From contig OZ251236.1 in NCBI GenBank assembly GCA_965240325.2, positions 1,612,001 through 1,676,000 on the forward strand: a stretch of DNA of 64,000 bases, read 5' to 3'. The DNA is from Rebecca billardiae RCC1528 (lineage: Eukaryota; Protista; Haptophyta). The notes below the pieces were generated by a model. It made no database searches and was not told the DNA's origin. It was given only the letters and a program-made list of their open reading frames with translations. Of the stretch, positions 36,358 through 48,384 are shown one piece after another; positions within the stretch are counted from its first letter, which is position 1; each line of letters opens with the position of its first letter. A program made the position numbers and the translations under genes.

Positions 36358-39300
36358 ATGCGGCGCGCCGGCCGCGCGCTCGTGGGCCGCTCTGTGCTGC
36401 CATGCCTCGCCCTCTTCATCGGCGCGCACTGCGCTCGCGCCGCCTTCGTCTTGACCGACGGCCCGCCGCAGCTGCGCGGCCTCGAGCTGGTGGCGGCGCA
36501 GCAGGCGTTCTCGCCCGACGTCTTCGACGTGGCCGGTCCCGTCGTGCTCACGCGGCGCGAGGAGTGGTCGTACGCGCAGGGGTGTCCGCCCGCCTTCGTT
36601 GGCAACAGCTCCCTCGCGGGCGCGATCGTGCTGCACCTCGACCCCAACTGGGCGCGGTGCAGCCACGAGCAGCACGCGCGCGCGGCGGGTGCGCGCGGCG
36701 CCGTCCTGTGGCTCGACTTCCCGCTCTCGTTCTCGGAGCACTTCCACATGGTGCCGGGGATGACGCGCAACTTCTGGGCAGACGGCGACACCCGCGAGCT
36801 CGCGGCGCCGCCCGCGCTCCACTTTGCGCAGGTGGACGCGCTGGCGCTGGTCGAGGCGCTGCAGCTGCAGCGCCGCGCCGCGCGCGACGGCCGCTCGTCC
36901 GGCGGCGCCATCCGCGCGCGGGTCTCGCACACGGCGGGCGAGCGCAGCGCGTGGGAGCGGCTATGGGGCTCCCCGTGGTTCACGCTGCTGCGCGCCCTCC
37001 TCGCCCTCCAGTCCCTCGCGTGCATCGAGCTGGCGCTCTGCCGGCTGCACGCGTACTGGCGGTCGGACGAGCGGAGGCTGCAGCTGAGCGCGGCCAACGC
37101 CGTGCTGCTGGCCGAGCTGCTGTGCAACGCGGTGGGCGTGGCGAAGGTGGTGCTCGACCCGCTCCAGTCGACGGGCCTGCTGCCGGTGCGCATCTCGCTG
37201 CTCATCCCCGCCTTCGCCATGCCGACCCTCGCCATCGCCACCATCTTCTTCTTCGGTGCGCGAGCGCGCGCGCGCGACCGCGCAGGCCGCGACACACTGC
37301 GCGCGCGCGCCGCGCTGCGCGCGCGCGCCGTGCGGGCACGGCCGTCGGCAGCGAGCGCGCGCGGCGCGGGAGCAGCGTGGCGGGCCGGCCACCCCGCGAC
37401 CTCGGCGCCTGCGCCCGCGCACCCCACGCCCGCCGCGCCGCCGCTCGCACAGCGTACTTTGAGGCGGCGATTCGGTCTGGCGGGCTCGCGCCCGGCCGCA
37501 TCACGCAGGTGGCGCACTCGCGCGTCGTGCTCGTCGCCATCGCCCTGGTGCTGCTGTGCACGGCGGCGGCCGTGACGGTCGCGCTCACCGTCTCGATCAA
37601 CATCATGACCAAGCTCCTCGTGCTCGCGGTGATCCCCTTCGCGCTGGCGTGCGCGATGGCCAAGCTCAGCGCCCATCTCCTCGCGCGCACGCGCGCTCGG
37701 CTCGGGGGCGTGCTGCCTCCGCCCGTGCTGCGCCGCGTGCTCCGCATCCTGCGCGCGACGACCGTCGGGAGCGTGTGCCTCGCGCTGGGCTGGGGCAACG
37801 CGTACATGCAGTACGGCCCGACGCGCGCCGCCCTGCAGCTCGCGTGGACCAGCGCGGCCTTCGGCGCCGTCTCCTACGCGCAGATCGAGGCGTTCAGCCC
37901 GGTGGGCGTGCGCGTGCTGCGGCTGCCGCTGCGGCGCGCGACCGAGGCGGCGGCGCGGCTGGGCGCGCGCGCGCTCGGCGCTGCGCGCCTGCTGCGCCGG
38001 CGCGATGGGCACGGGGCGAAGGTGAGCCCGGCCGGGCGTGAGCCGTCGGACACCGAGCTCTACGCCCAGCTCAGCGCGAACGCCGCGCGCTCCCCGTCGG
38101 GCGCGGCGGCTCCCTCTCCGCCCGGCGGCTGCGGCGTGCGCGCGCACTCGGCCGGCGTGGTCGCGGACAAGGCGGTCGGCGCGCACGCCGCGATGGGCGC
38201 GGCCGCCGGCGCGGGGCTCGAGGCAGCCGCGGAGCCCGCGGCGGGCGGCGGCGCGGAGAAGCCCGCGGAGGGCGTGCCGCACGTCGACGAGGACATCGAT
38301 GCGGTCGTGCCGTGGCGGGGCGAGCCCGGCGGCTGCGCCCCTGCCGACGACGCGGCCGCAGAGGCGGCGGTCGTGCCGCTGCGGCAGCGCACCCTCGTGC
38401 TGCCCTCGCCGGCAGATCGCGAGCTCGACGCGCGCGCACGGGGGCGGCCCGAGTGCCGCCAGCCGCCCGCCGAGCTGCCGCGCTCGAGCGAGGGCAGCGA
38501 CGACCGCTCGCCCGACGAGCCGCCGCCCGCCTCCGCGCGCACGGCTTGGTGCCGCGTGAGCGCTCCGTTCGGCAGCGCGGGCGGCAGCCGGCTGGGCCAG
38601 CAGCTGCGCAACCGGCTGGCCGTCGGGCTGGGCGGCGCGGCAGCGCAGCCGGCGCAGCCCGCGCCGAGCCCCGTCGAGCTGCGCCGGCTGCTCGGCCTCT
38701 CGTACTTTGCGCTGCGCGAGTTTGCGGCAACGCACGCGCTGGGCGGCGGCACGAGCAGCGCGGAGGTGGGCCAGCTGGTGCGCGCGCTCACGCTGGGCTC
38801 GGGCCTCTCGTACGCGGAGCAGTCGATCGGCGAGACGACGGCGGGGAAGCCGCGCCGCGCGGCGGTGCGCCGCGCCAACGTCTTCGTCTCGCACGCCCAG
38901 CAGTGCTCGTTTGCCAAGCTGCTCGACGCGCTCGAGGCGCACGCGGCGCGGCACGAGCTCGAGCTGGGCGCCATGTACTGCTGGATGGACGGTGCGCAGC
39001 AGCGCGGCGGGCGCAGCACGCCGCGCGCCGCACCGCGCGTGTGCCCGCGCCGCCCCGTCGCGATCATCCACCGCGGCGCACACACTCACGCACACACGCA
39101 CGCACACACGCGCGCACACACCGCCCCTGCCTCTGTGCCGTGCCCCACGCGCGCGCTGCCCCACGCGCGGCGCTGCCCCGCGCGGCGCTGCCCGCCAGTC
39201 TTCTCGATCCGCCAGCACGACGTCTCCGCAGACGTGCGGTACATCGGCGAGATCGTGCGCGAGATCGGCACGCTCGTGATGGTGCTCGACCCGTGGGACA

Positions 39301-40784
39301 GGCCGCTGGCGCTCACGCGCGCGTGGTGCCTCTTCGAGCTGCACCAGTGCGTGAAGGCGAGGGCGCACGCGGCGGAGGCGGCGCACGGCGCGCAGCCCGC
39401 GCAGGCGGACGGCGCGGCCGCGGCGACGTGCGTGGGGGACTCGCCCCCCACGCCGCCGGCGTGGATGCGGCGGCGCGGCGGCGCGGCGGCGGCGGGGGCC
39501 GGCGGCGGCACCGGCACCGCCGGCACCGGCACCGCCGGCGGCGACAGCGGCCGCGGCGGGCTCGCCGCCACCCTCGTCGGCAGCGCCGCCAAGGCGCGCG
39601 TCAGCAGCAGCAGCACCGCACCCGCCGGCAGCTGCAGCTCGAGCAGCTTCGGCGCCGGAGGGCGGGCCGGCGCCACGCCGCCGGCGGCGGCGGGCGGCGG
39701 CAGCGCCACGCCCGCCGCCGCGGCCACCGCGGACGCCGGCGGCGTGGCGCTGCACCTCACGCTCGCCCCGGCCGAGGCGTCCGCACTCGTGCGCGCCCTG
39801 CGCCGCGACCGCGCGGCGGCCGAGGCTGCGCTCGTCTCCTTCGACGCTCGGAACGCGGAGGCGTCGGTCGAGGCGGACCGGTGGATGATCTTCGAGGCGA
39901 TCGAGAAGGAGCACCTCGCGCACACCGACGGCTCCGCCGCCTCGTTCGGCGGCGGCGAGAGCGCGCGGCGCCGCCGGCTGCAGGCCGCCAAGCGCGCCCG
40001 CCGCCCGTCATGCTCGCCCCTGGGCGGCGCCGCGCGCGCCGTGCCGATGGAGGAGGCGGTCGACGCCTTCAACGCGACCGTCGCCGCGGAGGTGCGGCGC
40101 GCGCTCACGGCGTTCACGTGGGCGGTGCAGCACGCGAGCGGCGCGGGCAGCAACAGCGGCTCGGGCGGGTGGGACGCGCACGCCGCGCGGCTGCGAGGCC
40201 GCTTGACCCGCCCGTCCGGCGGCTCCGCCTCCGAGGCGACCGACGGCGGCGGCTCGGTCGAGAACGGCGGCGCCGGGGGCGGGGGCGCCGTCTGGTCGAT
40301 CGGCGGCGGCGGCGCCAGCTCCTCCTCGCTCACGAGCCCGGCGCGCTCGCCGTACTGCTCGGGCTGGCGCGGCCCGGCGGCGCTCAGCCCCGGCGTGGGC
40401 GAGCGCCGCCTCAGCCCGAGCTCGAGCACCCACCGGCTGCCCATGGCGATGGCGAGGGCGCGGCTCAGCACGTCGCCGCTAGAGCTGGCGCCGCCGGTGC
40501 GTCGGGGCGCGTCGGACGCCGCCCGTCCGGGCCTGCAACGCCCCCGCTCCACCACCGCGCACGACGTCGGCGCTGGCTCGGCCCACGGCGTTCGACGCTC
40601 CAGGCAGGCAGCGGGGCTGGCAGCGCTCCCCCGGCGGAGCCAGAGCACGTCGCGCTCGCTGGCAGGGACGCCCGAGCGAACCACCCGCCGCCTCTCGAGC
40701 ATCACGGACAGCAGGGCGAGCTTGTCGTTGGCGAGAGACTCGGCTGGGGGAGACCCGGCGGGCCATGTGGAGCCCTTGGACTGA
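36358..40784 (+). CDS. Signal peptide, PA-like domain, about 7 TM and cytoplasmic TIR/HET-like domain; exons 36358-37255, 37453-38991, 39199-40784
   Basis: Intron 37256-37452 joins IFFF|AYFE. Intron 38992-39198 is in frame and joins YCWMD|VFSIRQH. PA-like LAGAIVL..CS.E..AR.AGARGAVL. TIR-like ANVFVSHA..F..LLDAL and LVMVLDPW..PLALTRAWCLFEL..AEAS..DR..IF. Confidence 0.8.
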
Positions 40785-41028
40785 GTCCGAGGACGCCGTT
40801 CGACGGCCGTACCCGCGTAGCAGTGCACTCAGCAGTGACTTAGCGCCACTGAGCCGACTGATGACTGATGGCTCCGCAGGCCGGTCGCGGCGGCTATATG
40901 GCGCTTTATAGTAGTATATATATATAGCGGCTCTTCATGGCTCCGCTCTAAAGAGCCACAGCGGCCTGACCCAGAGGCCAGTGCGCAGCGCGTGACGCCA
41001 GTGCGCCGCGCGCGCCGCGTGCCCGCCG

Positions 41029-42552
41029 TCATCTGCGCCGCAGCTTGCTGAACAGCGGCGGCGGCTTGGCGCCCAGGCTGCTGCCCAGCGCGCCCGCGGA
41101 GCCCGGGCGCTGCTGGCGCGCGCCCTCCCCGCCACCGCCGCCAGCGCGCGCCCGCTCCGCGCCCACCGCCGCGCGCGTGCGCTCGAGCTCGAGCTCGAGG
41201 TCCGTGATGACGGACGTGAACGCGTGCGCCAGACGCTCCTCCACGTCCGCGCGCTCGCGCTCGGCGCGCACCAGCCGCGCCTCGAGCTGCGCGACGCGCT
41301 CGGCGAGGGCGACCTTGGTGCGGTCGCCGACCTTGTCGAGCGCGGCCTGCAGCCTGCGCACCTCCGCCTGCAGCTCGCCGTTCTCCGCCGTCGCCGCCTC
41401 GAGCGCCGCGGCGGCCGCGGCGCCGCCCGCGGCCGCGCGCGGCGCCGCGCCCGGCAGCGCGCCGTCTGTGGAGTGCTGCGCCCACAGGTCCTCGATGGCG
41501 CGCTCGGCGTGCGCGCGCTCGAGCTCGCGCGGCGAGGGCGGGCGCTCGTCCTCCTCGTCCGCCCCGCCGAGCGCGGGCAGCCGCGGCGCGCTCCCCGCGC
41601 TGCCGTGCGCGCCCGGCCCCCGCGCCCTCGGCTCGGCGGCCGCGCCCGTGTGCGCGGCGCTGAGGTCGGTCACCCCGGAGAAGGCGGACGCGCTGTCCGA
41701 CTCGTCGGCGCGGCTGAAGTTGCGCAGCCAGCGCGCGACGAGCGTCATCCGCATCACGCCCACCGAGCCGTCCGCCGGCAGCGGCACCTCGACCTGCGTG
41801 CGGCTTGTCTCCGCGCTCGCGTACCGCGACAGGTCGAGCGAGGTCGAGGCGATCGTGCGCCGTGTGCCGCCCGCCGTCAGCTGCGCACGCGCGCCGCGTG
41901 GGCGCGCGCGCGCGCAGGCGGGCGGGTTGGTGCGGCCGCGCGGGCGGTGCGCGCGCGCCCGCGCGGGTGCGGCGCGGTCCGCGCCCCGTGCCCGCCCCGC
42001 TCCGCGCCTGCGCCGCGCACCTCCTTCAGCTGGAACTCGCACAGCTTGGGCTCGTACACGGAGCGCTGCTCGTCCAGGAAGATCGTGCACAGCAGCGCCA
42101 TGTCCTGCTGCGCGAACGAGGCGCTGACGGAGAGCGAGCCGTCGACGGGGTCGAGCTCCTCGTGCACTTTCACCGGCTTGCTCTGCGCGCGCGCGCGCGC
42201 ATGAGCACGCCATGCGTGCTGAGCGTGCGCGCGCGCGCGCGCGCGCGCGCGGCGCGCTGTCCGCGGCCTCTCACCGTGACCACCTTTGCGCCCCGGCGCC
42301 AGACGAGGAGGACCTCGCCGTGCGGGCTGCGCAGGTCGATGTGTATGTCCTGCGCCGCCCGGGCACGGCCGCGCGCACGCTCAGACTCGGCCGGCGCGGC
42401 TGTGGGCTCGGCGGCGCGCTCGCGCATGGCGTCGCGCGCCGCACATGGCACGTGATGTAGAACTTCATCGGGCGCTTGCCGAGGTGCGGCTTGCCCAGCC
42501 GCGGCTTGGAGAGGTGCGGAGGGTTGCGCATGGAGCTCGCGATAGCCTTCAT
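41029..42552 (-). CDS. NT-type C2 (EEIG1/EHBP1-like) domain protein with C-terminal coiled coil; exons 42552-42445, 42349-42275, 42182-42021, 41880-41029
   Basis: Three phase-0 GT-AG introns give a continuous frame. Motifs VLLVWRRG.K, CTIF..YEPK.CEFQLKE and IAS.SLDLSRYA. Confidence 0.85.
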
Positions 42553-42854
42553 GCTCCGCGGCGGGCGCTCGTCACGGCGTGGCCGCCCTCCGCGCGCGCT
42601 TGCTTGCCCAAGGATCCCGGCTGCCTTACTTGATGCCCTCCTGGCGAGGGGAAGATGGCGGCTGCAGGCTGCTTGCCCAACGCCCAGCAATTGAGATTGC
42701 GTCGAGATCTCACGCCCAGCTGGTTCAGCGGCAGGTTGGCAAACAGCAGCCGCTCACCGCTTGCAGCTTGCAGCGGTGCTGGGCAAGCCGAGCTTGCTCA
42801 TCTGCACCGGCTGCGCAATGCACTGAGCGGGGCAGCGCGCGGCCGGCCGGCGCG

Positions 42855-44918
42855 ATGGACCGCGTGCGCGCGGAGAGCGGGCGCGAGTTCAGCTTCGCCG
42901 ACTTCCGCATCGTGCACGAGATCCACCGCTCTTCCTCCGGCGCCGTGTACAAGGCGCTGCACCGGCGCTCCAACGCCAAGGTCGTGCTCAAGGAGAAGAA
43001 GGCGCCCGAGCTCGGGCCGGGGAAGCAGCTGGACAACGAGGCGGTGCTGCTCTCCGCGCTCGACCACCCGAACATCATCAAGTGCCACGGCCACTTCCAC
43101 GACGCCGCGCGCCGCTCGCTCTTCATGGTGCTCGAGGACGCGCCGGGCGGGGACCTGCAGGCGTCGCTGCGCGCGCGCGCGCTCACGCGGCGCTACCTGG
43201 GCGAGCGCGAGGTGCTCGTGCTCTTCCTGCAGATCGCGCGCGGCGTGGAGTACCTGCACGCGCGGAACATCGTGCACCGCGACCTCAAGGCGCTCAACGT
43301 CGTGCTCGACGCCGAGGGCGTGCCGAAGGTGTGCGACCTGGGCGTCTCGCGGCTGCGCTCCGACCAGACGGTCTTCCTCGACTCCTTCCACGGCACGCCG
43401 CTGTACCTGAGCCCCGAGCTGGTGGACAACGAGCCGTACACGGAGAAGACGGACGTGTGGTCCCTCGGCGTGCTGCTCTACCAGCTCGCCGCGCTCCGCC
43501 TGCCGTTCGAGGGCAACTCGCTCGGACAGATCGTCGGGCTCATCAAGAATGGTGCGCACGCGCACGCGCACGCGCACGCGCACGCGCACGCATGTGCACG
43601 CGCACGCGCGCGCGCGTGCGCACGCGCGGAAGGCGCGCATGCGCCCACCGCACGCGCCGCCGCCCCGCCGCCCTGTGCCGCGCAGGCACGTACGCGCCGC
43701 TGCCCTCGCACTTCTCGCGCCACCTGACCAAGCTGCTGGGCTCGATGCTGCACCGCAAGCCCTCGCACAGGCCCACGCTCACCGTGCGCGCGCGCGCGGA
43801 CGCGCGGACGCGTGGCGGGCGTGCGCGCGCGCGACACGCGCCTCGCCCCGCGCCGCCGAGCACGTGCGCGCGGCTCACGCGCGGCCCTCGCGCGCGCGGC
43901 TCCACAGGAGATTGTTGTGTACTGCGAGCAGCTGATCGACCACCTGGACGGCAAGTCGGGCGCACAGCCGCGGGGTGGGGCGAAGGAGGGCGGCGCGGCG
44001 CGCGCGGACGGCGGCGCCGAGCAGCGGGCCCGGCAGGAGGCGGGCGCGGCCGCGCCGACGGAGCAGCGCGCCTCGGCCGCCGCCGCGCCCGAGCTGCGGC
44101 GCACGGACACGGCCGAGGCCGAGCGCGCGGAGCGTGCGGAGCGCGCGGAGCGGCGCGCGGGCGCGGCGAGCGGCGGCAGCGCCACAGAGTCGGGCTCGGA
44201 CTCTGGGCACGGCGGGCGGCGCGCGCGGGGCGCGCACCCGCCCACGCCTGCGCCCACCGCCGAGTCGACGCGGGACGACAGGCTGCGCCAGCGCGCGGAG
44301 GCGCACGCCGCGTCGCGCGGCCCGTCGATCCCTTCGAGCGCGCAGCCGTCCGCGCGCGCGCCCGCGCCATACGACACGCCGCCGCGCGGCGCGCGCGAGG
44401 GCGCGGCCGGAGCCCAGCCCGGCGGCGGCGGCGCGCGCGCCGAGCAGGCGCCGCCGCCGCCCGGCACGGGCGGGAGCTCTGACGGCGGCTCGCGCCGGCA
44501 GCAGCTGCTCGCCCAGCGGGAGGAGGAGCGGCGCGCGCGGCTGGTGCAGGCGTCCTCCGCGCGCGCCGCCGGACACCCGCCCTCCTCCTCGGGCGCGCCC
44601 TCCACGCCGGGACACTCCTCCGCCTCCGCCTCCGCCTCCGAGTCGGCCGACGCGGAGCGCGAGATGTACGCGCTGGCGGCGCGCGTGCACCGGATGCAGC
44701 TCGAGGCGGCGGTGTGGGAGGAGCAGCCCGCCGGCTGGCGGCCCTCCGGGCTCGAGCCATCCGAGCCGTCCGAGCCCGAGCGCAGCCCGGCGCCCCTCGA
44801 GAGCTCGCCCTCCGAGCGTGAGCCGAGCGAGGCGCCCTCTGCGATGAGCCGGCGCTCGTACAACATCTTCACGCACGAGTGGGAGGAGCAGCCGCTGCGC
44901 CAGCCCGCAAAGAGGTAG
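42855..44918 (+). CDS. NIMA-related (NEK-type) Ser/Thr kinase; exons 42855-43551, 43686-43783, 43908-44918
   Basis: VVLK, HPNII, HRDLKALN, DLG, GTPLYLSPE, PYTEKTDVWSLG. Introns at 43552-43685 and 43784-43907. Confidence 0.92.
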
Positions 44919-45509
44919 GCGAGGGCGGCACTGCCCACCGTGAAGCTGCTCGAGGAGCTGTCCTGATGCGACCGTCCGCGGTACGACAGCGCCGTGCCTA
45001 CAGCGGCTGCCTACAGCTTGACACGGTCGTGACACGTACTCGCATATCGTCGGCGCGCATCATCATACTGACGATCGATGCATGCGGCGTAGCAGTAGTA
45101 TCATCAGCAGCAGAGTGCGTCGCTCGCGTCGTCAGCATCAGCAGACGATATTCGTCGTCGATCTGATATCACTCATCAGCATTCTGCATTACAGCCAGCA
45201 GCTCGCGGAGCTACTCGCCGGGCTAACTGGCGGAGCCTGCGCTGCTGATGTGACGATCGATATGAATGACCGTTGACGACCGCTGATGTGATATGATGAT
45301 GATGATCGGTCGATCGGAATATGTGACTCGATATGCATGACGACCGCGCCGCGCTGCTGCACCGTATAAATGTCGTATATATATATATATTTAATTCAGC
45401 AGCACAGTCATCGCCTAGCCGGCCGTAGGCGCTTAAGTCGCCGCAGCAGATGCGATGCGCGGTGGCGGCTGCATGCCGCGCCAGCCGATCGTCCCTGCGC
45501 CAGCCCTGC

Positions 45510-46997
45510 CTACGCCGCGCGCACGCGGTGCGCGCGGCCCGCCACGATGGTCTCGCGCAGGGTCCGGCGCAGGGTCCGGCGCCGGCCGAGCTCAAACTCG
45601 TACCGCCGGCGGAACGTCTCGAGGACGAGGTGGTTGCTCATCTCCTCGCCGCCGGAGAAGTAGCGGTCGTACGCGGCGCGCACCGCCGCCTCCATCGCGC
45701 CGAGCCGCGCCCTGTCCGCCACGAGCCGCTCGAGCAGCGGCACCACGTCCGCGCTCAGGTCCGCGTCCGCGGGCACGTTGAGCGACAGCGCCGCCCAGTC
45801 GATCAGCTCGGGGTACGGCAGGATGGAGCCGTCCACGCCGAAGAAGACGGGGATGGCGCCGGCGGCCATCACCTCGGACAGTCGGTTCGTCGCGGGCTGC
45901 CGCCCGGGCGGCAGCAGCCCGAACGTCGTGTTCATCAGGTCGTCGTACTCGTAGCTCGAGTAGAGCGCGTCGATGCGCGCGCAGCAGCGCGCGTGCTCTG
46001 CAGAGAACGGGTGCGAGCGCGCGACCGGCTTGTGCGCGCCCGTGGGGCTCACGTTGAGCGGCGGCGGGTTGGGGCACTCCTTGCCCTTGTACCGCCCGAC
46101 GATGACGACGCGGCGCGGCTCGTTGTGGTGCAGCAGCCCGATCTCCCGCCCGCGCTTGTGCGCGGCGAGGCTCCCCTTGAAGGTGAGCAGCCAGCGGCGC
46201 GCGTGCGCGGGTGTGCGCGCAAACCGCGCGCGCAGCCGCGGCCGCGCCGACTCGCCGGGCAGCGCGATGGACACGTCCAGCCCGGGGACGAAGCGCGTGA
46301 CGTCGGTGCGCGTCGAGGCGATCGCCGCGCGGCCCAGAAACCCGCGGCGCTCGGCCTGCGTGATCCCCTTGTCCGTCGCGTCGCGCAGCACGAAGCGGAA
46401 GCCGTCGCCGTGCCAGTGCGGCAGCGTGCTCAGCACGCGCAGCTCGTCGCCGCGGCACGAGCGGAGCTGGACGAAGAAGGCGCACGCGCGCGTGGGGCTG
46501 TGCGTGACGAGCGACTGGCTCCACTCGTCCAGCACCGGCGTCTTCAGGCAGTAGTGCGTCGGCGGCGGCGCGTTCGCGCGCGTGACCACGTACACACGGA
46601 AGGGGCGGCGGCAGCCCGCGCGGTCGAGGCACGACGCCTTGGTGCAGCCGAAGGTGACGGGCTCGGGCTCGGCCACGCGGTGCGGCATGGCCTGCTTGAA
46701 GCTGGTCTCGTTGAAGCCCACGACCAGCCGCAGGCACTGGCGCAGCCCCGGGCACCGGCCGGCGATCGTCGAGCGCGCGCACTCAACGCTGAACGCCCCG
46801 CGCCGGCTGAACAGATCGGCACCGCGCGCCTCCTCGGCCTCCGCGCCGAGCCCGCGCTGGCTCAGCGCGACACACGCGTGCGGGACGGCGTGGATGGACA
46901 GCAGCGCGATGCATGCGCGCGCGCGCACGCCCCTTGCCGGAGAGCGCACGCACTCGGACACCATCCTCGGCGGCCGACCGCGTCTGTACGTCGCCAT
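45510..46997 (-). CDS. Exostosin-family (GT47) glycosyltransferase
   Basis: RRWLLTFKG, YDDLMNTTFGLLPPG..RLSEVMAAGAIPV and LPYPELIDW. The start codon is uncertain. Confidence 0.9.
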   Translation of the reverse strand: MATYRRGRPPRMVSECVRSPARGVRARACIALLSIHAVPHACVALSQRGLGAEAEEARGADLFSRRGAFSVECARSTIAGRCPGLRQCLRLVVGFNETSFKQAMPHRVAEPEPVTFGCTKASCLDRAGCRRPFRVYVVTRANAPPPTHYCLKTPVLDEWSQSLVTHSPTRACAFFVQLRSCRGDELRVLSTLPHWHGDGFRFVLRDATDKGITQAERRGFLGRAAIASTRTDVTRFVPGLDVSIALPGESARPRLRARFARTPAHARRWLLTFKGSLAAHKRGREIGLLHHNEPRRVVIVGRYKGKECPNPPPLNVSPTGAHKPVARSHPFSAEHARCCARIDALYSSYEYDDLMNTTFGLLPPGRQPATNRLSEVMAAGAIPVFFGVDGSILPYPELIDWAALSLNVPADADLSADVVPLLERLVADRARLGAMEAAVRAAYDRYFSGGEEMSNHLVLETFRRRYEFELGRRRTLRRTLRETIVAGRAHRVRAA

Positions 46998-47012
46998 GGC
47001 TGCACAATTACT

Positions 47013-47064
47013 TACAGTTTACTAAGAATAAGAGACGCACACAGCTCAGGCAGGCGAGATTGAC
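47013..47064 (+). mobile_element. Family-A short element (solo arm)
   Basis: Exact consensus, 16 bp from the GT47 ATG. Confidence 0.8.
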
Positions 47065-47125
47065 GCCCGCCAACTGTCACCGCCCATGAAGCCGTCGCCG
47101 ATGGTAGCGCCGCCGGAAAAATTCG

Positions 47126-47178
47126 TACAGTTTACTATGTTTTAACGTGCACACTTGGTTAAGGCGTGATAGAAACTT
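47126..47178 (+). mobile_element. Family-B short element
   Basis: Matches 30070 and 49886. Confidence 0.7.
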
Positions 47179-47316
47179 AGAAGTCCCCGTGCGCTCCCGC
47201 GGTCGGGAGCTCGGTCCCTCGCCTTTCTGGTTCTGAGCACCGGTTGAAATGCTTCGTCAGTCGCGCACGCCGGCTTCGGGGACGCGAACTCGCGCGATCT
47301 CATCATCTCGAGCAGC

Positions 47317-47625
47317 ATGGCAGGCATCGCCGGCCGCGGCCCGCACGCGCTCATCCTACTTCTCGTCGCGCTGGGTGTTGCCGTGATTTTCCTCATTGGC
47401 GCCACTTCGCAGCCCGGTCAAGGCCCCCTCGGGGCTCCGGAGCCGGGCCAGGGCCCCGGCTCTCCTGTCCCGCACCCTGAGCTGCTTTCAGACGAGTGCG
47501 CAGATTACTGCCAGATGATGTGCAACAAGTGGACGGGCTGCCATCGATGCTCGGTAGAGCCAAACCCCGGCTGCTGCGAGATGTGGTGCAACAAGTGGAC
47601 CGGCTGCAAGAAGTGCCCGACTTGA
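47317..47625 (+). CDS. Small secreted or membrane-anchored protein with two CxMxCNKWTGCxxC repeats
   Basis: Hydrophobic N-terminal segment, Pro/Gly linker, 10 Cys in two repeats, coding-type codon bias. Confidence 0.7.
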   Translation: MAGIAGRGPHALILLLVALGVAVIFLIGATSQPGQGPLGAPEPGQGPGSPVPHPELLSDECADYCQMMCNKWTGCHRCSVEPNPGCCEMWCNKWTGCKKCPT

Positions 47626-48384
47626 ACTCCGAGCTTGCCTTGTCCGACAGCACACTTTGGTGGCATCGGCTTTGCGTTCAGCACTGGCTGTCCATCCAGA
47701 AGCCAATGGGACCGCCCATCCCCATGGCATCGCAAGGTGGCCCGAGATCATGGCGCTGCTGATCAAGAACCCACCCAGCCCGACGGTACGTCCCTGGTCG
47801 GGCACTCGTCGCTTGCGCTGCGGCTCCGAGCCTCCGATATTCACCGTTGGTCGGCACGCGCGGCGCCGCGTCGGGCCGTGGACACAGGACTGAGGACAGC
47901 GTCACGGCACTCACAGCGTCGCCGTCGCCGTCGGCAGACGACGACGACGATAATTATAATCAGCAGACGCTTAGTGTAGTGGCGGCGCCTGGGCCCCGTG
48001 CCAGCAGAATCGTAGTAGTAGTCATCAACATTGACGCGGGCTATAAATAATGGCGGCGCGACTCACGCCACACGGGGCCTGCTGGCGGCTCGGACCGGGG
48101 GCCGAACGGGCCCTCGTCGTGGCCCCGCCTCAGCGGCCTAGCGAGTAGCGGGCTGGGCTACGACGGCCGGTGCCAGGGGCGGGCTGCCAGCACTCAGCAG
48201 CCAGGGCGCAACCGGCACCGCCGCAGCGCCGTCGTCCGCCTGCTATCAATGGCGACTACGACTCGGCGGGCTGATGCAGAGCTCGCTGGGCCGGCGCAGG
48301 TCGTCGCGTCGTCCACGCCCCCCGCGCGGCCGCGCGTGGCGTGCACAAGCTGCCCGGTCGGACAGACGCCAGGCCGCCGCCGCG

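Noticed and set aside
47013-47064. Family-A motif as a spliced leader or snRNA gene
   Set aside because: Its orientation does not follow the adjacent gene, no Sm site or donor context was seen, and the TA|CAG ends plus a hairpin copy point to a MITE.
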